Origin: a bacterium
GTDB lineage: Bacteria > Electryoneota > RPQS01 > DYHQ01
DNA: 64,000 bases
Assembly (NCBI GenBank): GCA_030622545.1
Contig: JAUXGA010000012.1
Location: 29,140-93,139, forward strand
Direction of reading: 5' to 3'
Within the stretch, counting starts at the first letter, position 1. The number at the start of each line of letters is the position of its first letter. The notes below the pieces were generated by a model. The model was not told where the DNA came from, ran no database searches, and saw only the letters and a list, made by a program, of their open reading frames with translations. Positions 32,857 to 41,758 of the stretch are shown here, one piece after another. Made by a program: the position numbers and the translations under genes.

Positions 32857-33459
32857 ATGCAATACCTAATCCAATCCACCATAGCGATTATTGCGATTAT
32901 GGATCCGTTGGGGGCGGCGCCGATTTTCCTTGGGCTGACGGACGACATGACGCGGTGGCAGCGGACGCGGGCGGCGGTGCGGGCGTCGTTTTACTGTATC
33001 GTCATCCTGACCGTGTCAGCGTTCGGCGGCGAATGGATTCTGCGCGCTTTCGGCGTGACCTTGCCCGCGTTTCAAGTCGCCGGCGGACTCATCATCGTGC
33101 TCATGGGACTGGAAATGCTCAGCGGCACACCGACGCGCGTACAGCATGACCCCAAAGAACCCGGCGAGGATGATACCATCTTAGTGCCGTTCGCCATGCC
33201 GCTGATTGCCGGGCCGGGCGCGATTACGACCGTGATTACATTGACCGCGCAGCATCCGAATGTCAGCGGAAGATTGACTATACTGCTGGCGGTTGTGCTG
33301 GCGACGATTGTTTTGTTGGTGACGCTGCTGAGCGCGAACTGGCTGAAGGAACGCATCAGCTACCATGTGCAGAAAGTTTTCCTGCGGTTCATGGGATTGA
33401 TTCTGCTGGCGATTGGAGCGCAGTTGTTGTTGACGGGTGTGCAGAGGTTTTTAAATTGA
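32857..33459 (+). CDS. marC: MarC family membrane protein
   Basis: IMDPLGAAPIF, VPFAMPLIAGPGAITT, RFMGLILLAIG. Confidence 0.9.
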   Translation: MQYLIQSTIAIIAIMDPLGAAPIFLGLTDDMTRWQRTRAAVRASFYCIVILTVSAFGGEWILRAFGVTLPAFQVAGGLIIVLMGLEMLSGTPTRVQHDPKEPGEDDTILVPFAMPLIAGPGAITTVITLTAQHPNVSGRLTILLAVVLATIVLLVTLLSANWLKERISYHVQKVFLRFMGLILLAIGAQLLLTGVQRFLN

Positions 33460-33584
33460 CGGTTTTACGCGAGGGGCAGGCTACAAGTAGCTAATACTAT
33501 GGTATTAATTACTTGTTAATAAATCATATAGGAACGTTCAGGAGAGATTTAATTTGTGGCATTATGGACGGCGGCATTTTTCTC

Positions 33585-33613
33585 TTGACATGAACCGAAT
33601 TAATTCGTATAAT
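33585..33613 (+). promoter_or_regulatory. Consensus sigma70 promoter of the aromatic amino acid operon
   Basis: TTGACA (33585-33590), 17 bp spacer, TATAAT (33608-33613). Confidence 0.9.
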
Positions 33614-33635
33614 TAATCCGTAAGGAGCCAATAAA

Positions 33636-33719
33636 ATGAATTTGACGAACCCTGCCCGCACGAATTGGTATTGGTATTGCTACTGGCGCTCAATGCGCGT
33701 GGGTGAGGTACGGCTCTAA
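33636..33719 (+). CDS. trpL: Attenuator leader peptide MNLTNPARTNWYWYCYWRSMRVGEVRL (3 Trp + 3 Tyr)
   Basis: RBS TAAGGAG; 27 codons with the cluster TGG TAT TGG TAT TGC TAC TGG; lies between the promoter and a terminator upstream of trpE. Confidence 0.88.
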   Translation: MNLTNPARTNWYWYCYWRSMRVGEVRL

Positions 33720-33742
33720 GTAGATATTAGTCGAGACTATCA

Positions 33743-33776
33743 GCGTCCATGCGATTTATTGCATGGGCGTTTTTTT
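33743..33776 (+). terminator. Attenuator terminator hairpin
   Basis: GCGTCCATGC-GATTTATT-GCATGGGCGT followed by a T-tract; its 5' arm can alternatively pair with CGCGTGGGTG in the leader. Confidence 0.85.
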
Positions 33777-33807
33777 ATTGGGTGAGATTTTGCAGCACGC
33801 TTTTCAT

Positions 33808-35253
33808 ATGACAAAAGAAGCATTTTTGAAACATGCCCACCCGGGACGGATTCAGGTCGTGACTCGAATCGTGCCGGGAGATTTACTGACTCCGGTTTCA
33901 GCCTTTTTAAGGCTGCGCAGCATGGGCACTCCCGCGTTTCTTCTCGAAAGCGCCGCTGGGGGAGAAAGCTTCGGGCGCTATTCGATTCTCGGCGCTGCCC
34001 CGGCAAGGGTTGCCGTCGCGAAAGAACCGGGCTGCAGTTATTGGCTGGACAAGGGTGAACAGACAGCGGAACCGCTGCGGAATCTTCTTAAAAATTTCGC
34101 AACGAGTCAGGCGGATAATGTGGGGCAGTTTCCTTTTTGCGGCGGGCTGGTCGGGATGATTGGTTTTGACTGGGTGCGGGAATTGGAAGCTCTGCCAGAA
34201 GGCCCAGCGCCGGATATCGACATGCCTCTGGCTTGTCTGGGAGATTTTCAAGACTTCGTTTTATTTGATCATCGAACGCTCGATGTTCTGTTTGTTGCTC
34301 AGGTTATCGTAGGGGAATCACCCGCAGAGGATTATGCGCGCGCGCAACATCGTCTAACATCAATGGAAGCTGTTCTTGCGCGTCCGCTTCCCGGCGACCT
34401 TCCCCCGGTCGAATCCTCTCTGAAGGTTCAGAGTAATTTTTCGGAGAATGAATTCTGCAAAGGCGTACGCACTTTGAAGGAACATATTCGCGCCGGTGAT
34501 ATTTTTCAGGCGGTTCTTTCGCAGCGTTTCGAGACAGATTTTCAGGGTGATCCTTTTCAGCTTTATCGGAGTCTGAGGCGCGTTAATCCATCACCGTACA
34601 TGTTCTATCTGGAGATGGAGAACGGCGCACTTGTCGGCGCATCGCCGGAGCTTCTGGTCGGTGTGGATGGACGCAGTGCGGAGCTTCTGCCGATTGCCGG
34701 TACCCGACCGCGTGGCAAGAATATCGATGAAGATGCGGCGCTGGAAAAAGATCTGCTCGCTGATGAGAAAGAGAATGCTGAGCATATGATGCTCGTGGAT
34801 TTAGCGCGAAATGATTTAGGGCGCGTGTGTCATTACGGCACCGTGCGGGTGAAGGAACTCGCGCAAGTGCATCGCTTCAGTCATGTGATTCATTTGGTTT
34901 CCAGCGTGAAAGGAAAACTGCGATCCGAATTCACGGCGGCGGACGCTTTGGCGGCATCTTTTCCAGCGGGAACGGTGAGTGGAGCGCCAAAAGTTCGCGC
35001 AATGGAAATCATTGTCGAAAACGAACCGACGAATCGGGGGCCTTATGCCGGAGCGGTGGGTTTTCTGGACCGAACCGGGCGCGCGGAGTTTTGTATCGCG
35101 TTGCGGATGGCGCTTGTCACACCGGGACGCATCACGTTTCAAGCCGGGGCGGGAATCGTAGCCGATTCGATTCCGGAAAAAGAATACGCTGAAACCAAAC
35201 ACAAAGCGCAGGCGGTTGCCGATGCGCTAAAACTGGCGACAAAAGAAAGATGA
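33808..35253 (+). CDS. trpE: Anthranilate synthase component I
   Basis: DLLTPVSAF, LLES, NPSPYM, PIAGTRPRG, EHMMLVDLARND. The ORF-track start 33763 falls inside the terminator. Confidence 0.93.
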   Translation: MTKEAFLKHAHPGRIQVVTRIVPGDLLTPVSAFLRLRSMGTPAFLLESAAGGESFGRYSILGAAPARVAVAKEPGCSYWLDKGEQTAEPLRNLLKNFATSQADNVGQFPFCGGLVGMIGFDWVRELEALPEGPAPDIDMPLACLGDFQDFVLFDHRTLDVLFVAQVIVGESPAEDYARAQHRLTSMEAVLARPLPGDLPPVESSLKVQSNFSENEFCKGVRTLKEHIRAGDIFQAVLSQRFETDFQGDPFQLYRSLRRVNPSPYMFYLEMENGALVGASPELLVGVDGRSAELLPIAGTRPRGKNIDEDAALEKDLLADEKENAEHMMLVDLARNDLGRVCHYGTVRVKELAQVHRFSHVIHLVSSVKGKLRSEFTAADALAASFPAGTVSGAPKVRAMEIIVENEPTNRGPYAGAVGFLDRTGRAEFCIALRMALVTPGRITFQAGAGIVADSIPEKEYAETKHKAQAVADALKLATKER

Positions 35254-35819
35254 TTTTCGTTCTTGATAATTACGATTCGTTTACTTACAACCTCGTGCAG
35301 GGCTTCGGCGAACTCGGCGTTGAAGTGAGCGTGGCGCGCAATGATAAAATCACTGTGCCGGAACTTGAAGCGATGAATCCCGCGGCGATAATATTTTCTC
35401 CGGGGCCCGGCAGACCGGAAGTGTCCGGGAATATGCCTGAGATTGTCGCGGCCTTCGTGGAACGGATACCGATATTGGGTGTTTGCCTCGGTCACCAGAT
35501 GTTGGGTCAGCATTTCGGCGGCAAGGTTGTCCCCGCAGAGGAGCTTGTGCATGGCAAAGCAGCGCGTGTTTTTCACGATGGGAAGACGATTTTTCGCGGC
35601 GTGACAGACCCTGTCAATGCAGGACGCTATCATTCGCTGATGCTGGAACGCGATTCGCTGCCCGACTGCTTCGAGGTAACGGCGCAGACAGAAGCGGGAA
35701 CGGTGATGGCGATTCGGCATCGGTCGCTGCCGATAGAAGGTGTGCAGTTTCATCCGGAATCGATTCTGACACCCGAAGGCCCGAAGATTCTGGAGAATTT
35801 CTTGGCGATGGTGGGGTGA
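35250..35819 (+). CDS. trpG: Anthranilate synthase component II (glutamine amidotransferase)
   Basis: DNYDSFTYNL, GVCLGHQ, GVQFHPES. Confidence 0.93.
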   Translation: MIFVLDNYDSFTYNLVQGFGELGVEVSVARNDKITVPELEAMNPAAIIFSPGPGRPEVSGNMPEIVAAFVERIPILGVCLGHQMLGQHFGGKVVPAEELVHGKAARVFHDGKTIFRGVTDPVNAGRYHSLMLERDSLPDCFEVTAQTEAGTVMAIRHRSLPIEGVQFHPESILTPEGPKILENFLAMVG

Positions 35820-35840
35820 AGTTTAATTTGGTTGTGCCGC

Positions 35841-35865
35841 TTGGTAGTGCCGCACGGCAGTGCGC
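35841..35865 (+). repeat. REP-like 25-bp repeat TTGGTAGTGCCGCACGGCAGYGCGC (copy 1 of 3)
   Basis: Other copies at 39453-39477 and 39573-39597. Confidence 0.8.
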
Positions 35866-35883
35866 CTGAGAAGGAAAAGGAAT

Positions 35884-36897
35884 ATGCTGCGAAAAACAAT
35901 CGAAAAAATTTCTGATGGGGAAATCCTATCGCGCGATGAAGCGAGGCAGGCGCTGGAATATATTTTCGACGAGAAAGTTTCGCATATCCAGACGTCTGCG
36001 TTTCTTGTGGCGCTAAGAACGCGCGGCGAAAAAAGCGTAGAACTCGCGGGGATGCTCGACGCGATGAAAGCGCGCATGAAAACGGTCGCGTGCGCCGACC
36101 CAAAGGCGGTGGATGTCTGCGGAACCGGCGGTGACGGCAGCGGGAGTTTTAACATTTCGACAGCAGCGGGTTTGGTGGCGGCGGCGGCAGGTGTGACGGT
36201 TGCCAAGCACGGCAATCGCGCCGTTTCGAGCCGTTCCGGCAGTGCGGATTTATTAGTGGCATTGGGAATCTCTATCGATGCACCGATTGCTGTTTTGGAA
36301 AAATGTTTGGCAGAGCACAAGTTTGCTTTTCTCTTTGCGCCGATGCATCACGGAGCGATGAAGGCGGTTGCTCCGATTCGAAAAGAGCTGGGAATGCGCA
36401 CAGTCTTTAATCTCTTAGGGCCGCTTGCGAATCCCGCCGGAGTGAAGCGGCAATTGGTGGGTGTATTTCATCCACGGTGGCTCCGACCGGTGATTGAAAC
36501 GCTGAAGGCCGCCAGCGCTGAACGCGCGCTTGTGGTTCACAGCAAGGAAGGCTGGGACGAAATCAGCGCCGCGCAATCGACGGGTTTCATTGAGTTGAAG
36601 AACGGCAAACTAATAGAAGATTCAATTCTTCCGGAGAAATTGCCTTTTACGGGAGAAAAAATCGAAAATCCAATCGGCGGTGATGCGGAAGAAAACGCGA
36701 AGCGCTTGCAAGCGCTTGCGGCGAATGAAGAAACACATCTGCTCCCGTGGGTCGCGGTAAACGCGGGGGCAGCGATTTATCTGGCGGATAAAGCGGCTTC
36801 TATTGCTGAAGGATGCGAGATGGCGACCAAGACGATTCGCGACGGGAAGCTCGCCGCGCTTCTTGATACACTCAGGAAATATCACCGGGCGTCATGA
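35884..36897 (+). CDS. trpD: Anthranilate phosphoribosyltransferase
   Basis: DVCGTGGDG, FNIST, KHGNRAVSSRSGSAD. Confidence 0.95.
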   Translation: MLRKTIEKISDGEILSRDEARQALEYIFDEKVSHIQTSAFLVALRTRGEKSVELAGMLDAMKARMKTVACADPKAVDVCGTGGDGSGSFNISTAAGLVAAAAGVTVAKHGNRAVSSRSGSADLLVALGISIDAPIAVLEKCLAEHKFAFLFAPMHHGAMKAVAPIRKELGMRTVFNLLGPLANPAGVKRQLVGVFHPRWLRPVIETLKAASAERALVVHSKEGWDEISAAQSTGFIELKNGKLIEDSILPEKLPFTGEKIENPIGGDAEENAKRLQALAANEETHLLPWVAVNAGAAIYLADKAASIAEGCEMATKTIRDGKLAALLDTLRKYHRAS

Positions 36898-37682
36898 GCA
36901 TTTTGGATGATATATTCGCGGCGAGTCGCGTTCGATTGGAAACACAGAAGCGCGAAGTTTCTCTCGAAGAATTGAAGCAGCGTTGCCATGACCTTCCGCC
37001 AACGCATGGTTTTGAGAAAGTGTTGAAGCAAGCAGATCGATTAGCGTTCATAGCGGAAATAAAACCGCAGTCGCCCAGCGCAGGAATTTTAAAAGCGAAT
37101 CTTTCGGTCGAGGACATCGCGCGAGAGTATGAAGCAGCAGGTGCGGACGCGCTTTCGATTTTGACCGAGCCGGAATATTTTGGCGGTTCACTTAAAAACT
37201 TAGAGAAGGCTAAGAACACTGTTCAACTTCCACTGCTTCGTAAGGATTTTATTTTCGACGTATATCAACTTTTTGAAGCACGTGCGGCGGGAGCGGATGC
37301 GATTCTCTTAATTGCGGCGATGTTATCGCACGAACAAATTGCGGAACTCTGTTCGTTGGCGCGTGAACTTTCATTGGATGTTTTGCTTGAATTTCACAGT
37401 AAGGAAGAGTTAAACCGGCTTCCTGCGAAAGAGCCGGTGATTTGCGGCGTGAATCATCGAAACTTGCGCACAATGGAGATTGATTTGTCCGTTTCCGAGC
37501 AATTGTTTCCATGCTTTCCGAATGGATTCGTCAAAGTTGCCGAGAGCGGAATCTCCACGGAAGAAGATATAAAACGCGTACGAAAATCCGGCGCAGATGC
37601 GGTGCTTGTGGGAACGCATTTGATGAAGGCGCAGAAGCCCGGCAAGGCTCTTCGGGAATTGGTGAGCGCGTCATGTGGATAA
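36894..37682 (+). CDS. trpC: Indole-3-glycerol phosphate synthase
   Basis: AEIK..SPSAG, SILTEPEYFGGS, LRKDFI, AESGI. Confidence 0.95.
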   Translation: MSILDDIFAASRVRLETQKREVSLEELKQRCHDLPPTHGFEKVLKQADRLAFIAEIKPQSPSAGILKANLSVEDIAREYEAAGADALSILTEPEYFGGSLKNLEKAKNTVQLPLLRKDFIFDVYQLFEARAAGADAILLIAAMLSHEQIAELCSLARELSLDVLLEFHSKEELNRLPAKEPVICGVNHRNLRTMEIDLSVSEQLFPCFPNGFVKVAESGISTEEDIKRVRKSGADAVLVGTHLMKAQKPGKALRELVSASCG

Positions 37683-38278
37683 AATTCTGCGGAATGGTGC
37701 GGGAGGAAGATGTGGAGGCGGCGTGCGGCCTGGGCGTGGACGCGGTGGGATTTATTTTCGTTCCTTCGTCTTCGCGAGTTGTAAAACTTGATGATGTTCA
37801 CTATCTCCGCGGGCAAACTCGCGGTCATTGTAAGAAGGTTGCTGTTTTTCAAAATCCCGATATGAGTGAAGTCAAGGAAATCGCTGATGAACTTGAATTC
37901 GATTTATTGCAATTTCACGGGGAAGAAGCTGCCGAAGAAATCGAAAGGCTACAGCACACATATATCAAAGCTTTTCGCATCGGTTCGGATTTTGATGTTA
38001 ATAAGTTCTTACCATTCAAGAATGCTCACGCGTGGCTGCTCGACAGTGTGAAAAGCGGGCCGTTGGTCCCTGCGGAGCTTGTGCAGCGTGCGATGGATTT
38101 GCATCCGCAAGGACGCGTTATTTTAGCGGGAGGGTTGACAATTGAGAATCTGCATTCGCGATTAACAGAGTGTCATCCTTATGGTGTCGATGTTGCGCGG
38201 GGAGTTGAGGAACATCCACGCGTCAAAAATTTCAAAAAAATGAAGGAATTCGTTCGTGTCTGTCGTGACTACAAATAA
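37673..38278 (+). CDS. trpF: Phosphoribosylanthranilate isomerase
   Basis: [28 protein letters not shown]. Confidence 0.93.
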   Translation: MWIKFCGMVREEDVEAACGLGVDAVGFIFVPSSSRVVKLDDVHYLRGQTRGHCKKVAVFQNPDMSEVKEIADELEFDLLQFHGEEAAEEIERLQHTYIKAFRIGSDFDVNKFLPFKNAHAWLLDSVKSGPLVPAELVQRAMDLHPQGRVILAGGLTIENLHSRLTECHPYGVDVARGVEEHPRVKNFKKMKEFVRVCRDYK

Positions 38279-39452
38279 TAACTCCCGGCATCAGCCGGAT
38301 CGGCGCGGTCATTTCGGGCCCTATGGGGGGCGCTATGTACCTGAAACATTGATGAGTGCGCTTAACGATTTGGATGTCGCTTTTCGCACTGCGTGGCGCG
38401 ACCGGATATTCCGGCAAAAGCTAAACGAAGAACTCGCTAACTTCGCCGGACGACCAACGCCGCTTTACGCTGTGGAAAATTTATCGGAAGAGCTCGGCTA
38501 TCCTGTTTTTCTTAAGCGCGAAGATCTGCTTCACACCGGCGCGCATAAAATCAACAATGCTCTGGGTCAGGCGTTGCTGGCACAGAGGCTTTCTAAAAAA
38601 CGTATCGTCGCGGAAACCGGCGCAGGGCAGCACGGCGTTGCTGTGGCGACGGTATGCGCACGATTTGGACTCGAAGCGGTCGTTTATATGGGCGTCAAGG
38701 ATATGGAACGGCAGGCTCCCAATGTCAGCCGGATGAAGTTGCTCGGAGCCGAAGTTATCCCTGTGGAAAACGGAACGCAGACTTTGAAGGACGCGACAAG
38801 TCAGGCTATCCGCGATTGGGTGACGAATGTGCGGACGACATTTTATCTTCTTGGTTCAGTGGTCGGGCCGCATCCTTACCCGATGATGGTGCGGCAATTT
38901 CAGCGGGTCATTGGTGAGGAAACGCGCCGCGAATTGCGCCGCCGGGAAATTAATGCGTCCGTGCTTATTGCCTGCGTCGGCGGCGGGAGCAACGCGATTG
39001 GTTTTTTCTATCCCTTTCTTCAGGATGATATGCAGCTCTATGGCGTGGAAGCAGCCGGAGAAGGCATCGCAACTGAGCATCACGCGGCGACGCTGTCAGC
39101 GGGGAGGCCGGGCGTGCTTCACGGGAGTTATTCGTATCTGCTGCAGAATGATGACGGTCAAGTTTCAGAGGCGCACAGTGTTTCAGCCGGGCTCGATTAT
39201 CCGGGTGTCGGACCGGAACACAGTTTCCTGCGCGATACAGGCCGCGTCCGATATGTGTCCGTGACCGATGAAGAAGCTTTGCAGGCCGCTCGTAATCTTT
39301 GCCGGTACGAAGGAATTCTTCCCGCGTTGGAACCGGCTCACGCTCTGGGGTATTTGCGTTATCTGGACAAAAAGGAAATCGGAGATGGAGCGGTGGTGGT
39401 TTGTCTTTCCGGGCGCGGCGATAAGGATTTGCAGGCGTTTATTGAAGGGTAA
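38256..39452 (+). CDS. trpB: Tryptophan synthase beta chain
   Basis: [46 protein letters not shown]. Confidence 0.97.
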   Translation: MSVVTTNNNSRHQPDRRGHFGPYGGRYVPETLMSALNDLDVAFRTAWRDRIFRQKLNEELANFAGRPTPLYAVENLSEELGYPVFLKREDLLHTGAHKINNALGQALLAQRLSKKRIVAETGAGQHGVAVATVCARFGLEAVVYMGVKDMERQAPNVSRMKLLGAEVIPVENGTQTLKDATSQAIRDWVTNVRTTFYLLGSVVGPHPYPMMVRQFQRVIGEETRRELRRREINASVLIACVGGGSNAIGFFYPFLQDDMQLYGVEAAGEGIATEHHAATLSAGRPGVLHGSYSYLLQNDDGQVSEAHSVSAGLDYPGVGPEHSFLRDTGRVRYVSVTDEEALQAARNLCRYEGILPALEPAHALGYLRYLDKKEIGDGAVVVCLSGRGDKDLQAFIEG

Positions 39453-39597
39453 TTGGTAGTGCCGCACGGCAGCGCGCTTTGTTTTGAAAATTCCGGCCGG
39501 GTTACGCGCGGTAGTTTTATCGTTTGGCATGCAGAAACGTGCGCTGAACCCGGCTCGGCGGCAGCAAGTAATTTGGTAGTGCCGCACGGCAGTGCGC
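39453..39597 (+). repeat. Composite repeat: two REP-like direct repeats flanking a 71-bp structured element
   Basis: Repeats at 39453-39477 and 39573-39597; the core 39491-39561 is homologous to 62417-62487. Confidence 0.8.
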
Positions 39598-39647
39598 TTG
39601 AGTAGCCAACACCGCGTTTGTATTATATCGAGGTCAGTATTTAGAAA

Positions 39648-40466
39648 ATGAATTTGCGAACTTCCTTACACGATAAAAAAGCAAAACATGAAAAAGTCCT
39701 GTCGTGTTTTCTGACGGCGGGTTATCCCACGCGCGAAGCGACGGTGCCTCTGGCGAAAGCCATCGCAAGAGGCGGAGCTGATCTTATCGAATTGGGTGTA
39801 CCTTTTTCGGATCCGTTAGCCGACGGGCCGGTTATTCAGCGCAGCTCGCTGCGCGCGCTGCGCGAAGGAACGACTCTTCCGTGGGTACTTGATATTACAT
39901 CCGAGCTCACGGCGGAACTCAGCATTCCCATTTTACTGATGGGCTATTTGAATCCCATGCTTGCTTATGGTGCGGAAAGGCTGCTGAAAGCTGCGAAAGA
40001 AAAAGGCGTGGCAGCGCTGATTATTCCTGATCTTCCGATTGATGAAGAAACGGACTTGTGGAATCAGGCGGCTGAAATGGGCATACCGCTTGTTCCTTTT
40101 GTCAGTCCCACGACAGCTCGCGAGCGTTTTGCGATGATTGACCGAAAGGCAAAAGCGTTTGTTTATGCGGTGTCCATCACCGGCGTCACCGGCGCTCGAA
40201 AGAGTTTGCCGACGGAAGTTGAGATGTATTTAAAAGAACTGACACAGAATATAAAAGCACCAACTCTTGTCGGTTTTGGCATCAGTAATCCTGATGAAGC
40301 AGCGCGCATGGCGAAACATGCTGACGGTATTATTGTCGGCAGCGCGCTACTTTCTCAGATTGATGAAAAAGGCGGTATCGATGAGAATTGTCAGCGCGTC
40401 GAACGTTTTGTGCGCGAAATAAAAAAGGCGATAACATGTCTATCACCTACTGGCGAAAACAAATAG
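39648..40466 (+). CDS. trpA: Tryptophan synthase alpha chain
   Basis: IELGVPFSDPLADGPVIQ, GVTGAR, VGFGIS. Confidence 0.97.
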   Translation: MNLRTSLHDKKAKHEKVLSCFLTAGYPTREATVPLAKAIARGGADLIELGVPFSDPLADGPVIQRSSLRALREGTTLPWVLDITSELTAELSIPILLMGYLNPMLAYGAERLLKAAKEKGVAALIIPDLPIDEETDLWNQAAEMGIPLVPFVSPTTARERFAMIDRKAKAFVYAVSITGVTGARKSLPTEVEMYLKELTQNIKAPTLVGFGISNPDEAARMAKHADGIIVGSALLSQIDEKGGIDENCQRVERFVREIKKAITCLSPTGENK

Positions 40467-40735
40467 ATGAGATTGACCGGACGCTGGTTTCGCTGATTTC
40501 CGCGCGGGCGCGGTGTGCGCGAAAAATCGGGAGTTTGAAACGGGAGCAGCAATTGCCCATCGTGGACGCCGCGCGTGAAGCCGAGGTGCAAAAAAGAATC
40601 GAGGCACTCAACAGCGGGCCACTTTCGACAGACGCGCTCTGGAGAATTTTCGAAAGAGTCATAGATGAAATGCGCCTTCTTCAAGAAGATGCGCTAAAAT
40701 ACAATCAGGAACAAACCAAAGCGAGACAGTCATGA
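40436..40735 (+). CDS. Chorismate mutase (stand-alone, all-helical class)
   Basis: WRKQIDEIDRTLVSLISARARCARKIGSLK...REAEV. Confidence 0.85.
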   Translation: MSITYWRKQIDEIDRTLVSLISARARCARKIGSLKREQQLPIVDAAREAEVQKRIEALNSGPLSTDALWRIFERVIDEMRLLQEDALKYNQEQTKARQS

Positions 40736-41757
40736 TTATTATTATGCGGAGTGACGCCGAAAAGAACGACACGACGACATTAATTTCCAAGCTCGCCGAA
40801 AAAGGGCTTTCGGTGCACCGCTCCACCGGTGAGAGTCGAACCGTTCTTGGCATCATTGGAGATATAAGGTCGTTGGATCGGCGGGAGCTGGAATTGCTTC
40901 CGGGTGTGCACGAAGTGATTCCCGTTTCCAAACCGTACAAACTCGCCAGCCGCGAATTCCATCCCGAAGGAACGAAAATTTCCATCGGGCCGCTGGTCAT
41001 CGGTGATTCGCAGATTGCCGTTTTCGGCGGCCCCTGTGCGGTGGAGTCCGAGGAAATGATTCACAAAATCGCTCGCGAAATTCAGGAGGTTGGCGGGGTG
41101 GGACTGCGCGGCGGCGCGTTCAAGCCACGAACGTCGCCGTATAGTTTTTCAGGACTGGGCAAAGATGGATTGCGGTTTCTTTCGGAAGCCGCGCGCGAAA
41201 ATAATCTCGTGGCGATTTCGGAGGTGATGGAGATAGCGCAGATTGATGTTGTCGCCAAATACTGCGACATCCTGCAAATCGGAATGCGTAATATGTCGAA
41301 CTTCAATCTGCTGCGTGCGCTCGGTACCTGCGGAAAACCGCTTCTGCTCAAACGCGGTAATGCCGCCACCTACGAGGAGTGGCTGATGGCGGCTGAATAC
41401 CTGCTGGCCGGTGGGAATTTCGAGGTGATGTTGTGCGAGCGAGGAATTCGCACATTCGAAAATTATACTCGCAACACGATGGACATCGCAGCGATTCCGA
41501 TTGTGCAGAAACTCTCGCATCTGCCCATTTTCGCCGACCCATCGCATGGAACCGGTCGGCGCGATAAAGTACCGGCGATGGCGCGGGCGGCGGTGGCGGC
41601 GGGTGCAAACGGATTGCTTGTCGAAGTGCATCCTGAACCCGATAAAGCGGTTTCCGACGGCCCGCAAAGTCTCACCATTGAACAGTTTGCCGCGATGATG
41701 CGAGAGCTGCGAATTATCGCGTCCGCGATTGGAAAACGTCTGGCCGGGGAGGTCTGA
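40732..41757 (+). CDS. aroF: DAHP synthase type I-beta with N-terminal ACT-like domain (copy 1)
   Basis: GPCAVES, RGGAFKPRTSPYSF, CERGIRTF, DPSHGTG. Confidence 0.93.
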   Translation: MIIIMRSDAEKNDTTTLISKLAEKGLSVHRSTGESRTVLGIIGDIRSLDRRELELLPGVHEVIPVSKPYKLASREFHPEGTKISIGPLVIGDSQIAVFGGPCAVESEEMIHKIAREIQEVGGVGLRGGAFKPRTSPYSFSGLGKDGLRFLSEAARENNLVAISEVMEIAQIDVVAKYCDILQIGMRNMSNFNLLRALGTCGKPLLLKRGNAATYEEWLMAAEYLLAGGNFEVMLCERGIRTFENYTRNTMDIAAIPIVQKLSHLPIFADPSHGTGRRDKVPAMARAAVAAGANGLLVEVHPEPDKAVSDGPQSLTIEQFAAMMRELRIIASAIGKRLAGEV

Positions 41758-41758
41758 T

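Noticed and set aside
33614..33780. T-box riboswitch or TRAP-binding site upstream of trpE
   Set aside because: No T-box consensus (AAnnnnGGTGGnACC) and no (G/U)AG repeat array; the leader peptide explains the region
33763..33807. ORF-track N-terminal extension of trpE
   Set aside because: The start codon lies inside the attenuator terminator stem; ATG 33808 is more plausible
39491..39561. Hammerhead or other ribozyme in the 71-bp element
   Set aside because: The CUGAnGA core is absent and GAAA is not conserved in the second copy
39453..39597. Possible mini-CRISPR (repeat-spacer-repeat)
   Set aside because: Only two adjacent repeats, a 95-bp spacer that is itself a dispersed repeat, and no cas genes
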